A stretch of 64,000 nucleotides of DNA from Azolla caroliniana (taxonomy: Eukaryota; Plantae; Polypodiophyta): the NCBI GenBank assembly GCA_043228905.1, contig JBHGNT010000017.1:7254001-7318000 (forward strand), given 5' to 3'. Below the pieces are notes generated by a model, which was given only the letters and a program-made list of their open reading frames with translations, was not told the origin of the DNA and ran no database searches. Made by a program: the position numbers and the translations under genes. Shown here piece by piece: positions 36,754 to 48,972 of this stretch; within the stretch, counting starts at the first letter, position 1, and the number at the start of each line of letters is the position of its first letter.

Positions 36754-38065
36754 TTATGAAGCGTTATTAGCTGCAGCACTAATAATGATAAGAATAATCC
36801 CAATGATGCTCTGCAAGAAAACAAATCGAGCCATTTAGCGCGTTTGAAGGTGTATGATGTATAATTAAATCCATACTCGAATTCATGACAAATCTACATG
36901 TAGTGAGTGTCTGGGAGGTTCATCACATACATACATGCAATGGCATTGCGAACTTTAAAATCGAATCATTCCAATGTCTAAGGCCATATTTTATCGAAAA
37001 ATCTACTCACCATTATGACGCATCCGAGAAGGCCAGGCTTGTCGGTTGGTTTATGCGGTATACAGTACATGATCGCGCCCACAATCCACGCGGGATATAA
37101 GAACCACCCAATACCAAACCTACACACACACACACACAACATGTTAGACACAATGCAGGAGAACAGATTATAATTGCAAGTATGTGAATCTTGTACACTT
37201 TCTCTCTAATCCAATTGAATTTCCAAAGATGCATTAAACATATTGTTGCAATGTTGCCCATCTGAACTTATATACAATCGTTTTTTTGTTTTTTTGCTTT
37301 TGTTTTTGTAGCCGATTGAATGGTTGTCCCACATATTAGGCTTATTATGTCAATTTAGTATCAAGATTTGTTGGTTGATGGTTACACCATTACTTACAAT
37401 ATCCAGCCGATTCCACATACGCATCCTGGTTCGGCATTAGCTGCTTCGGCATTGGTTGCTGTGGTATTCTGGATAATAATTTGAGGCCCTACAAGGAAAA
37501 CAAAAGGAACCTTATCCTCTCAGAAACATGAATAAGATATGAATGAATGGAGAATGTATGGAATCCAGGCGAAGAAGAAGAAGAAGAAGATCTGGAGACA
37601 TATGAAAGATAGGTAGGTAAAGAGATGTGTGAAAGGAATGAGGATAGCTTATACGATATAATCAATGCGAAGAAAGCAAAATAAGGAGGAGTAATTTGAG
37701 AAACAAAAAAAAAGATAAAGGGAATTAGGGTTGTGGGGATGATGACCAGGTTCAGGGGGATATCCGGGAACAGGTTGTTGTTGTTGTGCAGGAGGAGGAG
37801 GAGCAGCAGGAGCAGCAGGAGCAGGAACGCCATAGCTGTAGTTCATGCTTGTCGGATCCATGGCGGCAGCAGCAGCAGCAGGGGCGGGGTTTTGGTGGGG
37901 ATCTGCATATTGACCAACATTATCGTATTGTTGATATTGAGGAGGAGGGTAGGAGGAGGGATAAGCTGCAGGTTTTCCATCCATTGTCTCATCGTATTGT
38001 TGATATTGAGGAGGAGGAGGAGTTGGTGGGTAGGAGGAAGGATAAGCTGCAGGTTTTCCATCCAT
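36754..38065 (-). CDS. Pro/Tyr-rich membrane protein of the plant 'RPL18a-like' family (not a true ribosomal protein); exons 38065-37747, 37488-37398, 37119-37011, 36810-36754; 191 aa
   Basis: GT-AG introns with consistent phases give MDGKPAAYPSSYPP...GCVCGIGWILFGIGWFLYPAWIVGAIMYCIPHKPTDKPGLLGCVIMSIIGIILIIISAAANNAS*. The CGIGW / PW..G / G..C..hydrophobic signature is present. The exon 1 donor (CTG/GTCATC) is weak. Confidence 0.82.
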
Positions 38066-38919
38066 TTTTGAGTTGGTTTCCTTCCTAAAGCCAAGTAAAT
38101 GTATGTATTCTTCAGGCTTTGGACAATGATGAACTAAGACAAAAAGACAAGCTGGGACTTTCAATCCTGTATTAGGTATATATATATAGTATATTACCTA
38201 TGTAAGATCAAATCAATAATGGGACTTTCAAACCTATGTGTATGTGTACACATGTGTATGTGTTAGGGCATTTGACCTTGTTCTCTACATAACATGTGCT
38301 TTACAAATCACTCTCTCAAACCCAGAGTTTTGAAAAGCGATGACACAAGTTCTGAAAGCGATCCCGTCGCCGCCGTGCCTCCTCGTTGGGGAGCCCTCTT
38401 CTTATGATGCAATCACCTTTATGTGCCTCAAATATCAAAGCCAAAAGTGCCTTTTTGCTAGAAAACGTCATTGTGTGTCTAGCTCTTCCCTATGTACGAC
38501 AAAGTCTTCGTTTGCTTTTTATAACCAAATAAAATCGGTCTCTCCCTCTCTCTTGCCTTCTTTCGAAAAGAAAACTGAATGTTTACTTTCACAATCATTT
38601 GAAAAGGTCTCTCTCTCTTGACAACCCAACTGATGTGGTAAGCATCCTTAAAAGATATATGCTCCAGCTAAATAAATTGTGGCCTAGGCAAAGTCAACTT
38701 CAGGACCACAACACAATTTGATCAAAACCAAATCATGGGTTTCATAATCTAACAAGCATTATTCCCCTCTTAGTTGGAATTTGTAGACCCTTTTGGCTGC
38801 ATCAACGTGGTTTAATTATGTTAAATATTATATAGTTAAGTGCGAATGAGTATGTCACAATATCAAACTTCGGAGTTCACTTATAGCAGTATCATAAGTT
38901 GGATAAGAAACCATGAAAA

Positions 38920-39398
38920 TGTAAGGAATAACGTGGAATACTGCTCGGCCTCAATCGAGTCTTAGATCACTTCCTTTAAGGGTCAAACACACAAATAGGA
39001 ATAGAGATGAATACTTGTACACACGCGAACAATAGAGAGTACACTAGATGTTTACGTAGAAAACCCTAATAGGGAAAAACCACGGGAGCCCACACACTCC
39101 AAACTATCACTATATAAGGAAGGTACAATTATCAGAGACTCGGAAGCAATGACCTCAAGTTCTATGTCTTCGCCAACCAGCGGTTACAACAGAGGTCGCT
39201 CTGTATCTCCTCTCTCACTATACAACAGTTATGCACATACAACAATATGACCACACGCAAAGTGATTGCCCTAAGTCATATTTATACTCATATGAACTTA
39301 GGGCTATTTACAAATATAGCCTCAATAGGCTTACTCAAAACATATTTACAAATATGTCATGTCTTTCGGTTCTCACCAAGTCCACCCGATCCGGTTTC
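38920..39398 (-). mobile_element. Tnt1-family solo LTR, right end lost by deletion
   Basis: Matches 56017-56495 and ends at a deletion junction. Confidence 0.8.
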
Positions 39399-39456
39399 TG
39401 ATTAAGAAACATGAGGAGACATTGCATTGTGATTAAGAAACCTACGTTGATGGAAC

Positions 39457-42400
39457 TTGATTCTTAAATCTAAAAGTAAAAAGTTCAATCCAAATCTCTC
39501 TTTATCAATCTATCTTAAATACTTTCTCGCTAAAACTAGTGTAAACTTCAAATCCTTCCGGTCTAGAACCTCGGCAGTTCCGCCTCACGATCCGCGCCTA
39601 GTGACAGATCTTCACGACAACGCGGCACACGGAGGTGCTGGAGCGGGAACACCGGCACGGAGATAGGTTGTCGGTTCAAGTGAGGGATCCTCCACACTGG
39701 TTTCGGAGACCTTGGGAGTTCGGACGCCGTGGCAACGTAAGAACAAGAAGAAGGGAGGTGGCAGTGAGGGGACGAAGGCGATGGAGATCTGCGTGAAATG
39801 AGAACCGAGACGACGCTAAGGTCGACGGAGGCCAATTGGGCTAGCATGGGTGCTCCTTGGATGGACACCACATATCCGAAGGGACGAGAGTCATGCATAC
39901 AGTTGAAGGAAGGGCCAACGGGGAAGCACGTGCACTATGGGATCGCGGAGAACGACCTATCGACAGGTCGAACAAGCTTACGTTGAGGCAAACGCGGAGA
40001 AGGAACTGGAGCCGACGGTTCGGACCGGCGAGGGCAACGTGGTAGCCGTAATGCGGATTACGAAAGACCGGTTCCTCACCGGCCGGAATCTCTCACACTT
40101 CTCCGAACTTGGCACGTACCGGTGGACGTGCGGTTTGGTGGGGGTGGATGTCGTGAAGATTTTGGGCCATGGTGAGAAACTAGGGAATATCAGAGGAATC
40201 GGCGGGGTCGAGCATGTGCACTCACCCTTGTACAAATCGTGTAAATGATAGGGGCGCCATCATGGCAACAGACAATAGTTAATTTGGGACAAAGGATCCC
40301 ATGTAATAAGGGATTTATCCCACATTGTTACGCTTCCCTCTCCTTGGTCTATAAAAGGAAGGGAGCGCCCTTTGTAAAAGGGGTTGCCCATTTTTGAGTC
40401 ATAAGGGTATACCATTTTGGTCGAGGGTCATTTTGTTAAGAATTTTGTAGGGTTAGTAACTTCTTGGTAGTCTTCTTCTTCTTCTCCTTCTTGAGAAGTT
40501 GGGCGTGGTAGCCATGGCAGCAAAGCTCTATTAGGGTTAAGGTCTTCTTCTTCTTTTGGGTGAAGCCCGGTTTGCAATCGGGGTTGTATCTTCCCCTTTA
40601 CATACATATATTCTTTGTATTCTCTTTGTCTTGGTGTGTGGGTGTGTTGTCTTTGTTTTCTATTAGGGTTTCGGCGTCTTCTGTGTGCGTGCGTAGGTGG
40701 TGTAATCGGTTGTGGCAGGCGGCGTGCGGACTGTCTGTGTTTTCCCTTTGAGTTCTTGTTGTTGGCTCTCAGCACTCTGCGGTCTGGCATGTTTGTGAGT
40801 GTGTGTGTAGGTGTTGGCTTCAGTCGCTTGCGCGGAGCCGTGCGCTAGGTGGTTCGTGGGCAGGTTCCCCTCCTTGGCGCGCAAGACCCCACTCGGTTCA
40901 GCGAGCCCGTGCGCTCCCTGAAGGCGGCTTGGCACAGGAGGCGATCGTATTGGAAGAGGCGTGCCCTGCACGATGGTCCCATTGCGCGAACGAGCCGAGA
41001 GCTCCCCGGGCGGCCCTAGGATGCAGGCTCCCTCTTCCTCTCCATGTGGAGCTGGCGTCCCAACAAGCGTAGCGTGTGTACGTGTGCGTGTGTCTTCGGG
41101 TAGCGTTGGGTCCGAGAGTGGGTGCGTGTGTGGTCATCGGTGTAGAGGTGCCGGTTGTAACCGGGTGTGTATATGTGCATGTGCGTGTGTGGGCGCGGTT
41201 AACCGGGCCGTGTCCCGTGCCTCTTGTATATACGAGCGAAAGGGGCGGCAAGGACGAAGGTGTGCTCTCTCGCTTCCCGTGTAGTTACCGGTCGCGTCCG
41301 GTGAGTATCCGGGATCGAACTGGCCGACAACCCGGCAAGCTCCGAAGGATTTGGGTCCCCGACAACTCCTCCCCTCCTGGTCTATGACCCTAGTGGTCTC
41401 GCCTGGATCCGACATGCAAGCGCAAATTTCCGCAACAACGTAAGCGTCGTCATCAGCACCTCAGACCAAAACGTCTTGGGTAACTTGGCATGTGGGAGCA
41501 TGCTTTAGACACTCTCCACTATGGTCTGGTTCATCCTTTTGGTCAACCCGTTTAGTTCTAGCGTCGTCGGCATGGTAAATTCGAGTCGGATTCCCTTCAA
41601 CCGGTAGTACTCCTTGAACTACCCTTGTATTCTCCTCCGTTATCTGCTCGAACGGCCTTCAGCTTCGATCTGGTTTCTCTTTCCACTCTAGCGTGGAGCT
41701 CCTTGAAGAAGAATAGCACCAGATCCTTTGTCTTCAATGGTGAGACCCAAAGCTTCCGGTTGTGGTCGTCTATGAACGTCACGAAGTACTGCGATCTGAC
41801 ATGTGACTTTGTGTCCACTTGACACACATCGGTATGCACCAGTTCTAGTGGTGCATTCTGTCTCATCGGTGGTTTTGACCGGAGGAGGTTCGATGTTGCT
41901 TATTGGCCGAGCAATCAGTGCACTTCTCAAGATGCACATTCATCACCGGAATGAGATTGTTTTCGGCAAGTCTTTTCATCCTCTTCTTACTCATGTGATA
42001 TAGTCTTTTGTGCCACAACTCACCGGCAATGTCGGATGCAACGTTCATTTCTTCTCGGCATATCCGAGCATTCATCAGGTACAATGTGTTTACTTTTCGG
42101 GCTTGAGCCACTATTAGACTCCCTTTGCTGAACTTCATAACTTCGTTCCGGATGCTACCCGTGTAGCCTTCATCATCTAGCCGACAGGATGATATGGTGG
42201 ATTAGGTGGCGACAATAGTTCGAGTGAAAGAAATGGACATGCTCAAAATGGAGGAATCTGATTGATCACCGTAGCTGAAATCTCACACTCTCTCTTCTTG
42301 GCATGTACCAGAGGACGTGCGGTTTAGTGGGGGTGGATGTCGTGAAGATTTTCGGCAACTATGTGAAAATTGCATGGAATGTACAAAATCGAGTGTGGTT

Positions 42401-43414
42401 CTTCACACACAATATAAAAAAATAATAGTGAAGATATTCTTTTATATTAGTTTAATATCTTCGTACGAAAAGATGGATGTCTTGAAGAGCTTCTGAATGC
42501 ACTTTACTACATTTGAAACGGACAACTAAATGTCAAGTTATGTGAGTGTGAAGTTTAAGAAGAAGAAGAGAAAAACAAAATTGTGATATATCCCATATAG
42601 ATAGGACAAATCAGGATCCCACATTATATAAGCAGAGCCAAAACTTATTATTATTTTTCAATATGTGGAGAATAGAATGTGGAAGGTGACTTGGGCTAAA
42701 CTACATGTAATGGTTTTGGGGAACCAGGACCAGACAGACGGCAACGGAACCAAACCGGACGGACGACGACAGAATCAGATTTGGACTAGACTCGACGAAA
42801 TGCGGATCAAATAGGTCGGGACCGGATAGATGGATCGGTTGGGTCAGTCGGGTAGGTTGATCGCGTCGCATGGTGTCTTGAAGATTTCGGTGTGAAACGA
42901 AAAAGCCAAGTCATTTCTTCAAGTTATATTTTTATCATTGTACTTTCACACCGAAATTCTCATACATGAGAGCTTGAATGAGTGACATGGTTATCATGCA
43001 ACACATGTAATGCATGAGCGCCAAATGGCAAACATACATCTCATGCGTTTCATGCATTACATGTATGTCTTGCACCCTCACATGCATTGCATGGGGGCAT
43101 CTATAAAAGACGGGAGGAGGAAGAAAAACTGAGCTATGTATTAATCAAGCATTTAATAAGAAGAAAATTCGTTATCCAATTGATGATATATCTTGTTCCT
43201 CAAATCTAAAGTCAATGGTTCTTTCTTAATCTCTCTCTCCATTTCAATCTCTCTCAATCTAAAGTCAAGCGTTCTATCTTATCTCAATCTCTCTCTCTTT
43301 CAATCTATCTTAAATACTTTCTCGCTAAAGCTAGTGCAAACTTCGAATCCTTCCGGTGCAAAACCCCGGCGGTTCCGCCTCACAATCTGCACATAGTGAT
43401 GGATTTTCACGACA
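39457..43414 (+). mobile_element. Composite of non-autonomous Gypsy-type LTR remnants with TGTCGTGAA...TTCACGACA ends (paralog 56879-60841)
   Basis: LTR 3' piece 39457-39619; ~530-bp internal part; PPT plus LTR start at 40149; second PPT plus complete LTR 42338-43414 with 9-bp terminal inverted repeats. Confidence 0.65.
41420..42185 (-). pseudogene. Tnt1-like Copia integrase fragment (paralog ~58845-59610)
   Basis: LWHKRLYHMS...CTDC...LELVHTDVC...YFVTFIDD...RADNGGEY, closely similar to element C. Confidence 0.85.
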
Positions 43415-43416
43415 AC

Positions 43417-43907
43417 GTTTGTTTCTTAACTTGTAGAAACTTCCTAAGAAAATGTTTTGGACATTTTCAAACTCTTTCAAGTAGATTTAGGGATGCTCCC
43501 ACCCCATACTTCCACCAAGCACCGATGCCACCAAAGTGTCGAAAAGGTATTTCTTGAGGACCCAACACTTAATATCTCCATGATTGCATGTGTTCTCAAA
43601 TGTATTTCTTGAGAACCCAACACTTAATATCTCCACGATTGCATGTCGAAAAGGTATTTCTTGAGGACCCAACACCAATAGTGCTATCGAAAAAATCTGA
43701 AAGTTTATCGCTCATACGCACACAACATATAACCTTCTCATATATTCGAGAGATTGCAAACATATATTCACTTGGCACCTTGTGTTCTTCCATTCGCCTC
43801 CAGAGATGGTCACGAGGTACCATATCAAAAGTTTTCTTAAAGTCTACAAAGCAACAATATAAACCTTTACCTCCAAGGCGACTTTCCTCCATTAATACTA
43901 GAAGGGT
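43417..43907 (-). pseudogene. Internally deleted copy of the RTE-like LINE (paralog ~60845-61279)
   Basis: CFVDFKKTFDMVPRDHLWRRM; matches 34383-35227 with a deletion and small duplications. Confidence 0.8.
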
Positions 43908-44710
43908 GATATGTAACTCAATTGTAAGGTTGTCCAATGGAGACCAAGAGGTCATGTGTTCAACCGCTACATCCCACAGGGACATCTAGTGAATTAAGAG
44001 ATATGTATGAAGTATATGTTACTAGCTCAGGGTAACACGATGCCAGACGCTCGTTCCTTCGGTATCCGGCTCAAGGTCTTGTGGTAGGGAGATGGTGGTA
44101 TAGGATAGTTCGTTGCCTTAGCGAAATCCAAAACGCGTATAGGTAGGATCACTTGTGCACCTACACGAATCAAACTATTGCGATTGTGGTTACTGTGGAG
44201 ATTGGGAGCTGAGTTGGCTATAACCGAATGGTTATCTGTACAATACACAGAGTACTTAAAGAAACTCAACACAGATAAGACTCTCAACACAGAGACAGAG
44301 ACATAGTATAAACAAAATCAGTTTTCTATTAGAAGACACGACTTAATATGATGTACAATTGATTACCCTTTACACTCTTCCCATGCCCAATTTTAGAGGG
44401 ATCCTGGGTGGTTACGTTTAGAACGTGAACCGCTACTACTAATAATATTTTGTGTCGTTTAAGTTTTTCCTCTTCACTCTTCAGTCCTCATCTGACACTA
44501 CTCGTCTTCTATTTGACCCGTAACTATCCTTTAGCCTTTTCACACCTGGGTCATTCAGACCGACCAACAATATATAATAGAGAGGTGAGAAAATTGGGTT
44601 TCGAGCCCAAGACATAGTGTTTATAGTATGACATCGAACCCAAGATGTAGTGTATGAAAACTTACCAATAGGATAAGCTAATTATGAGAGAGAGAGAGAG
44701 AGAGAGAGAG

Positions 44711-44910
44711 ATGTAGCTCAGTTTGTAAGGTTGCTCAATGGAGACCAGGTTGTCATAGGTTCAACCCTTACATTCCATAGTGGCATTTAGTGAATTACGA
44801 GATATATTTATATGAAGTATATAATAGAGAGAAGTGAGAAATTTGGGTTTCGAACCCAAGACGCAATGCTTGAAGTGTTAACAACTTATCACTAGGATAA
44901 GCTAATTACG
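44711..44910. repeat. Intact (GA)n-flanked double-headed tRNA-like unit (paralog ~62078-62276)
   Basis: Plus-strand head TGTAGCTCAGTTTGTAAGG...GGTTCAACCC; minus-strand head TAGCTTATCCTAGTGATAAG...TTGGGTTCGAAACCCAA; (GA)n on both sides. Confidence 0.75.
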
Positions 44911-45159
44911 ATAAAGAGAGAGAGAGAGTGCTCCTTTCGCCCTCTTCATTGCAAGACAATTCACAAGTTTGTTGAATGTTCTATAGGTTATATCATTTTG
45001 AAGTACTTATCAAAGGTTTGACAAGTCATATCTGAGTGTATTTAATGCCTCAATTATTGAATTTTGCTCAGTATGTTTTAAATGGTTCAAATTTTTATGA
45101 TATTGGGGATTGCAACACATGTGGAAGGCATGAGGCATAAGTATTGACATAACTATTGA

Positions 45160-48100
45160 CAGGTACTTCAATGATCATACGAGCGCCTGACACTAACTAC
45201 AAGACAATGATAACCTAGTTGTCTAGGCTAACTAGGCTTTCGATTTCCGCTTGAATCCGGCTCTCTGATCCGTCTCCCCGATCCGGCCGGTTGTTTCTGG
45301 ATACCAATCCATCTAATCCTTCCAGATGCCGATCCGGATCCGGTTGAGCTTGCTCGCTCAACACTCCCCCGCAAGCTCAACTTGAGGTCAGATCGTGGTG
45401 TTAGTGTCCGTGGCAGCCGGTTCTTCTACACGGCTCCTTCTGGGATCACTCTGCCTTGCTTGCGCTCCTCGTCCGGTCCGGTCCTGTTTGCCACGACCCT
45501 TTTGGTTCTGCGCACCTCGACCTCCTCGGTCGGCTTGTCTACGCAATAGGACCATTTCATTTCCCTCGTTGTTGTGACTCTGGCGCTTGTCGACCCTTCG
45601 GTTCCTTCGTGTTGGCGTCGACTTCCGCTGCGTCCGTGTCCGCTTGGCCTTTAGTTGATCCGGCTTCTCCGAATCTTGAACCGAATCCCGTTTCCTTTGA
45701 TTCGTTCTAGCTCTTGTCAGAATCGGTCGCTCCCAATTTGTTCCGGCTCTTGTCTGAGTCGGTGTTCTCCAACTCGTCTTCCGGTTACAGGCCCTTCACC
45801 ATATGAGACCATGTCTGGGTCTTGGCCTTCTCCTTCTGGTCGGTGTTGTCCTTCTTGACTCTGCCGCCACTGCCGCTCGTTCCGACTTGTTCGGATGTGC
45901 AGACTTCCTTCATTGACTCGGCTTCCTTTTTCCTCTTGTCTCCCCCCTTGGTTCTTCCTTCCTCTCCGGTTCCTTGTCCGGTGCCATGACCAATGCCTTT
46001 GCTCGTTCCTGTTCTCCCCCTGAAGTGTGGCACGTAGAGATGTTGAACACCAAGCATTGCGGTGAAGTGCTGCAAACCTGTCTGACCGCGCGGTTTGGTG
46101 AAGATGTCGTCAACCTGTCGATGCATCTAAACATACCGAAGTTCGACTTCACCGCTCAAGACCCGCTCATGCACAAAGTGAGAATGCATTTCTATGTCGG
46201 CATCGGTATATCCGACTAGCTTCCCAACTATACTGTGTCGGTATAACAATCTCCGATCCTTCGTGCTGCTAACTACGCTAACTACCGGAGTATCTGGTGT
46301 GCGCACTGAAGGTGCTCGACGGTCGGCTTCTGCATGAACTGGTAACTAATGTCGGGTCGAGTGATTGTCAAGTATATGAGGCTTCCGACAATTTGTCGGA
46401 ACCGTTTCTCATCGCAAGCCGGTCCGGAGTCGAGACATAGCTTCAGGTTCTGTTCCAGGGGTGTAGAGATCGGTCAACATTCTATCATGCCGAACTTTTA
46501 CAACATATTGAACACATAATGTCGTTGTCATAACAATATGCCGTCGGGGGTTCGGATCACCTCAATCCCGAGAAAATAACGAAGGTCCCCTGGGTCCTTC
46601 ATTTCAAATGCATCCAACAATTGGGACATCATTAGGCCGATTTCAATGAGTCTGGGTCCAGTGATGACTAAATCATCTACATAAAGCAAAATGAAAACCG
46701 GACCATCTAGACCTTCCCGGATGACCAACAATGAGTCGGATTTAGAGATCGCAAACCCCATCTTACGTAACCGGTGTGTGATCTTCACATTCCAAGCTTG
46801 GGAGGCTTGTTTCAGACCGTCAAGTGACTTCTTAAGTCGGCACACTACCGACTTGTTCATCTCTGATTGGAAACCGGACGGTTGGATCATATAGACCCGT
46901 TCTTCAAGATCACCTTAAAGAAATGCATTCTTCACGTCCATTTGGTGAAGATGTCATCCCCTTGCCGTAGCAACCGCCAGTACCACACGAACCGTCATCA
47001 TCTTTGCTACTGGAGTGAAGGTCTCGTCGTAGTCGATTTCGTGGGTCTTTGCGTATCCCTTCGCCACTAACCGGGCATTGTACTAGTTAACCGAACCGTT
47101 GTCGTAGTGTAGGTTGCACACTATGTGGAAATTATATTTTTGTCCCTCCGGATAGAGAATGGAGTGCTCGGTGAGAACCGGAAGAAAACGGCATACCGGC
47201 AAGGAAGAAAACGGCATACCGGCAAGGAAGAGCCGGATAAAGAGACATAAATGTAAAAGAAAAGGAAATACTCACTACTGCGCAGGGCGTGATTCGAACT
47301 CTGCACCTCCACGTTGACAAACCCCAACCTTACCATAACATTAACTTATCTTAAGTGTTTTAAATATAGATTTAATACGTATAAGACCTTTATTTATGCA
47401 TACCTTTATTAAAAGGTAAATCGTGTATTTTTTTAATATATGAAAAAGAAAAAACACGAGACACTAAAAATAACTCATGCACGTCTAGCGTGCATGAGCC
47501 CTATACTTAGGAAATAAAAAAGCATCACATGCACATTTAGTGGACATGAACACTTTTTGTAAAAAAAAAGCATGAAGCCATGCTTAGCTCTTCTTTCCTT
47601 ATATAAGGAGGAGAGAAATATGTAAAGGGTTGTTGATTATTTTTCTATAATGATCAATCAATCTAAAATATTCGTGGGATTCACGAATTTGCTAAAATAA
47701 TTCTCTCTTACTACCTAAATATTGACTAAATATACTAAACTCGTGGGATTCACGAGATTCTTATCTTATAACTCTTTATACCTATTCTTTACTAGCCTTA
47801 TTTGAATTTTTCTTTCTCCTAGTCCAAAACCACGTCGGACACACAGGACGCGAGGTAGTACAATACTCAGTTCGCCCCTTGCTCCCATACTAGGAAGTCA
47901 TTGTGTGCCGGCTCCGGCGCTACCTCGTTCGTTCGTTCCACGAAGCTCCAATATCCATGCCCCAGCAGGTACTAATGCATTTTATATGACCAGGACACAT
48001 AGTTGCTCCGGTCGAGCTTCTCTGTGGGAAGTAAACTCACCATACCTCTGTCCAGATCTTTCTCTATCTGTCCTTATCGGGTTTTAGGGTTTGTCTTTGT

Positions 48101-48595
48101 AAGTGTCTGTCGGCTGCAAAGGTTCTCAACCCTCGCCCTCTGATACCATGTGAATGTAAACGTGTGGAAGCGTTAGACAGAACTGGCTCAACCGGATAAC
48201 AACGGAGAATAAAATGAAGGTTTAATGGAGAAGCTTAATACACAGAGAGTATACGCGAGAGAGACAGAGACAGCGGAACGTAAACTCAAATTCAAAATAA
48301 CTCTAAAACTCTGTACATACAACGTGCTAAACAACACTATTTATACAAGTCCTCAAAAGAGCTCACAGGTACTTCAATGCTCATACGAGCGACTGACACA
48401 AACTACAAGACAATGATAACCTAGTAGTCTAGGCTACTACTATGCTTCCGGTTCCCGCTCGAATCCGGCTCTCCGATTCGTCTCCCCGATCCGGCTGGTT
48501 GTTTTCGGATACCGATCTGGCTCATCCTTCCGTATGTTGATCTGGCTCTAGCTTACTCAGCCAATCCGGATCCCGTTGAGCTTGCTCGCTCAACA
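45160..48595 (-). mobile_element. Internally deleted Ty1/Copia element I, related to B (paralog from ~62525, cut by the window end)
   Basis: 5' LTR 48149-48595; PBS at 48138-48148; gag start LPTEKLDRSNYVSW; RT with YVDDL at 46528-47100; partial 3' LTR ~45160-45363 with PPT. Confidence 0.85.
47100..47832 (+). mobile_element. Solo LTR related to the 29860 element, 3'-truncated, inside element I
   Basis: Starts TGTCGTAGTGTA. Shares CATGCAC.TCTAGCGTGCATGAGC, TCGTGGGATTCACGA, CCTAGTCCAAAACC and the tRNA-like module (reverse complement at ~47285-47340) with the 791-bp LTR. Confidence 0.75.
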
Positions 48596-48972
48596 CTTAT
48601 TCATATTCGGCATCCAAGAATAATGTTTCATCCAAACAACCCCTTTCTTTACATGTTGAAATTATTATATATTGATTTGAGTAAGTCTTATATTATATTG
48701 TATTGCATTTCTTTGACTAGAGAGACTCTCAATTCTACACTACAACAAACACTATCATTTTTATTTTCATAGTAGTTATCAAAAATTTCCCAAATGTGCT
48801 AAAACACTGTCCACACAATCCAATATATATCAAATGCATGTAGAGGGTATCTAATGCAATGGGTGTCATAACCTCGATATGGATCAACTCCTAAAGTGGA
48901 TTAGATCCCTTACATTCTAGATTGTATTAGCCTTGTACTTAAGTTTGATTAATGATTTATGGCATTCCTAAA

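Noticed and set aside
37649-38164. Single-exon 171-aa ORF, and the overlapping plus-strand ORFs
   Set aside because: The frame reads from a non-ATG start into intron 1. The spliced model explains it, and the antisense ORFs arise from low-complexity codons.
40400-41420. Cluster of GC-rich overlapping ORFs
   Set aside because: No domain motifs, frames differ between the B and C paralogs, and the region lies within LTR-derived sequence.
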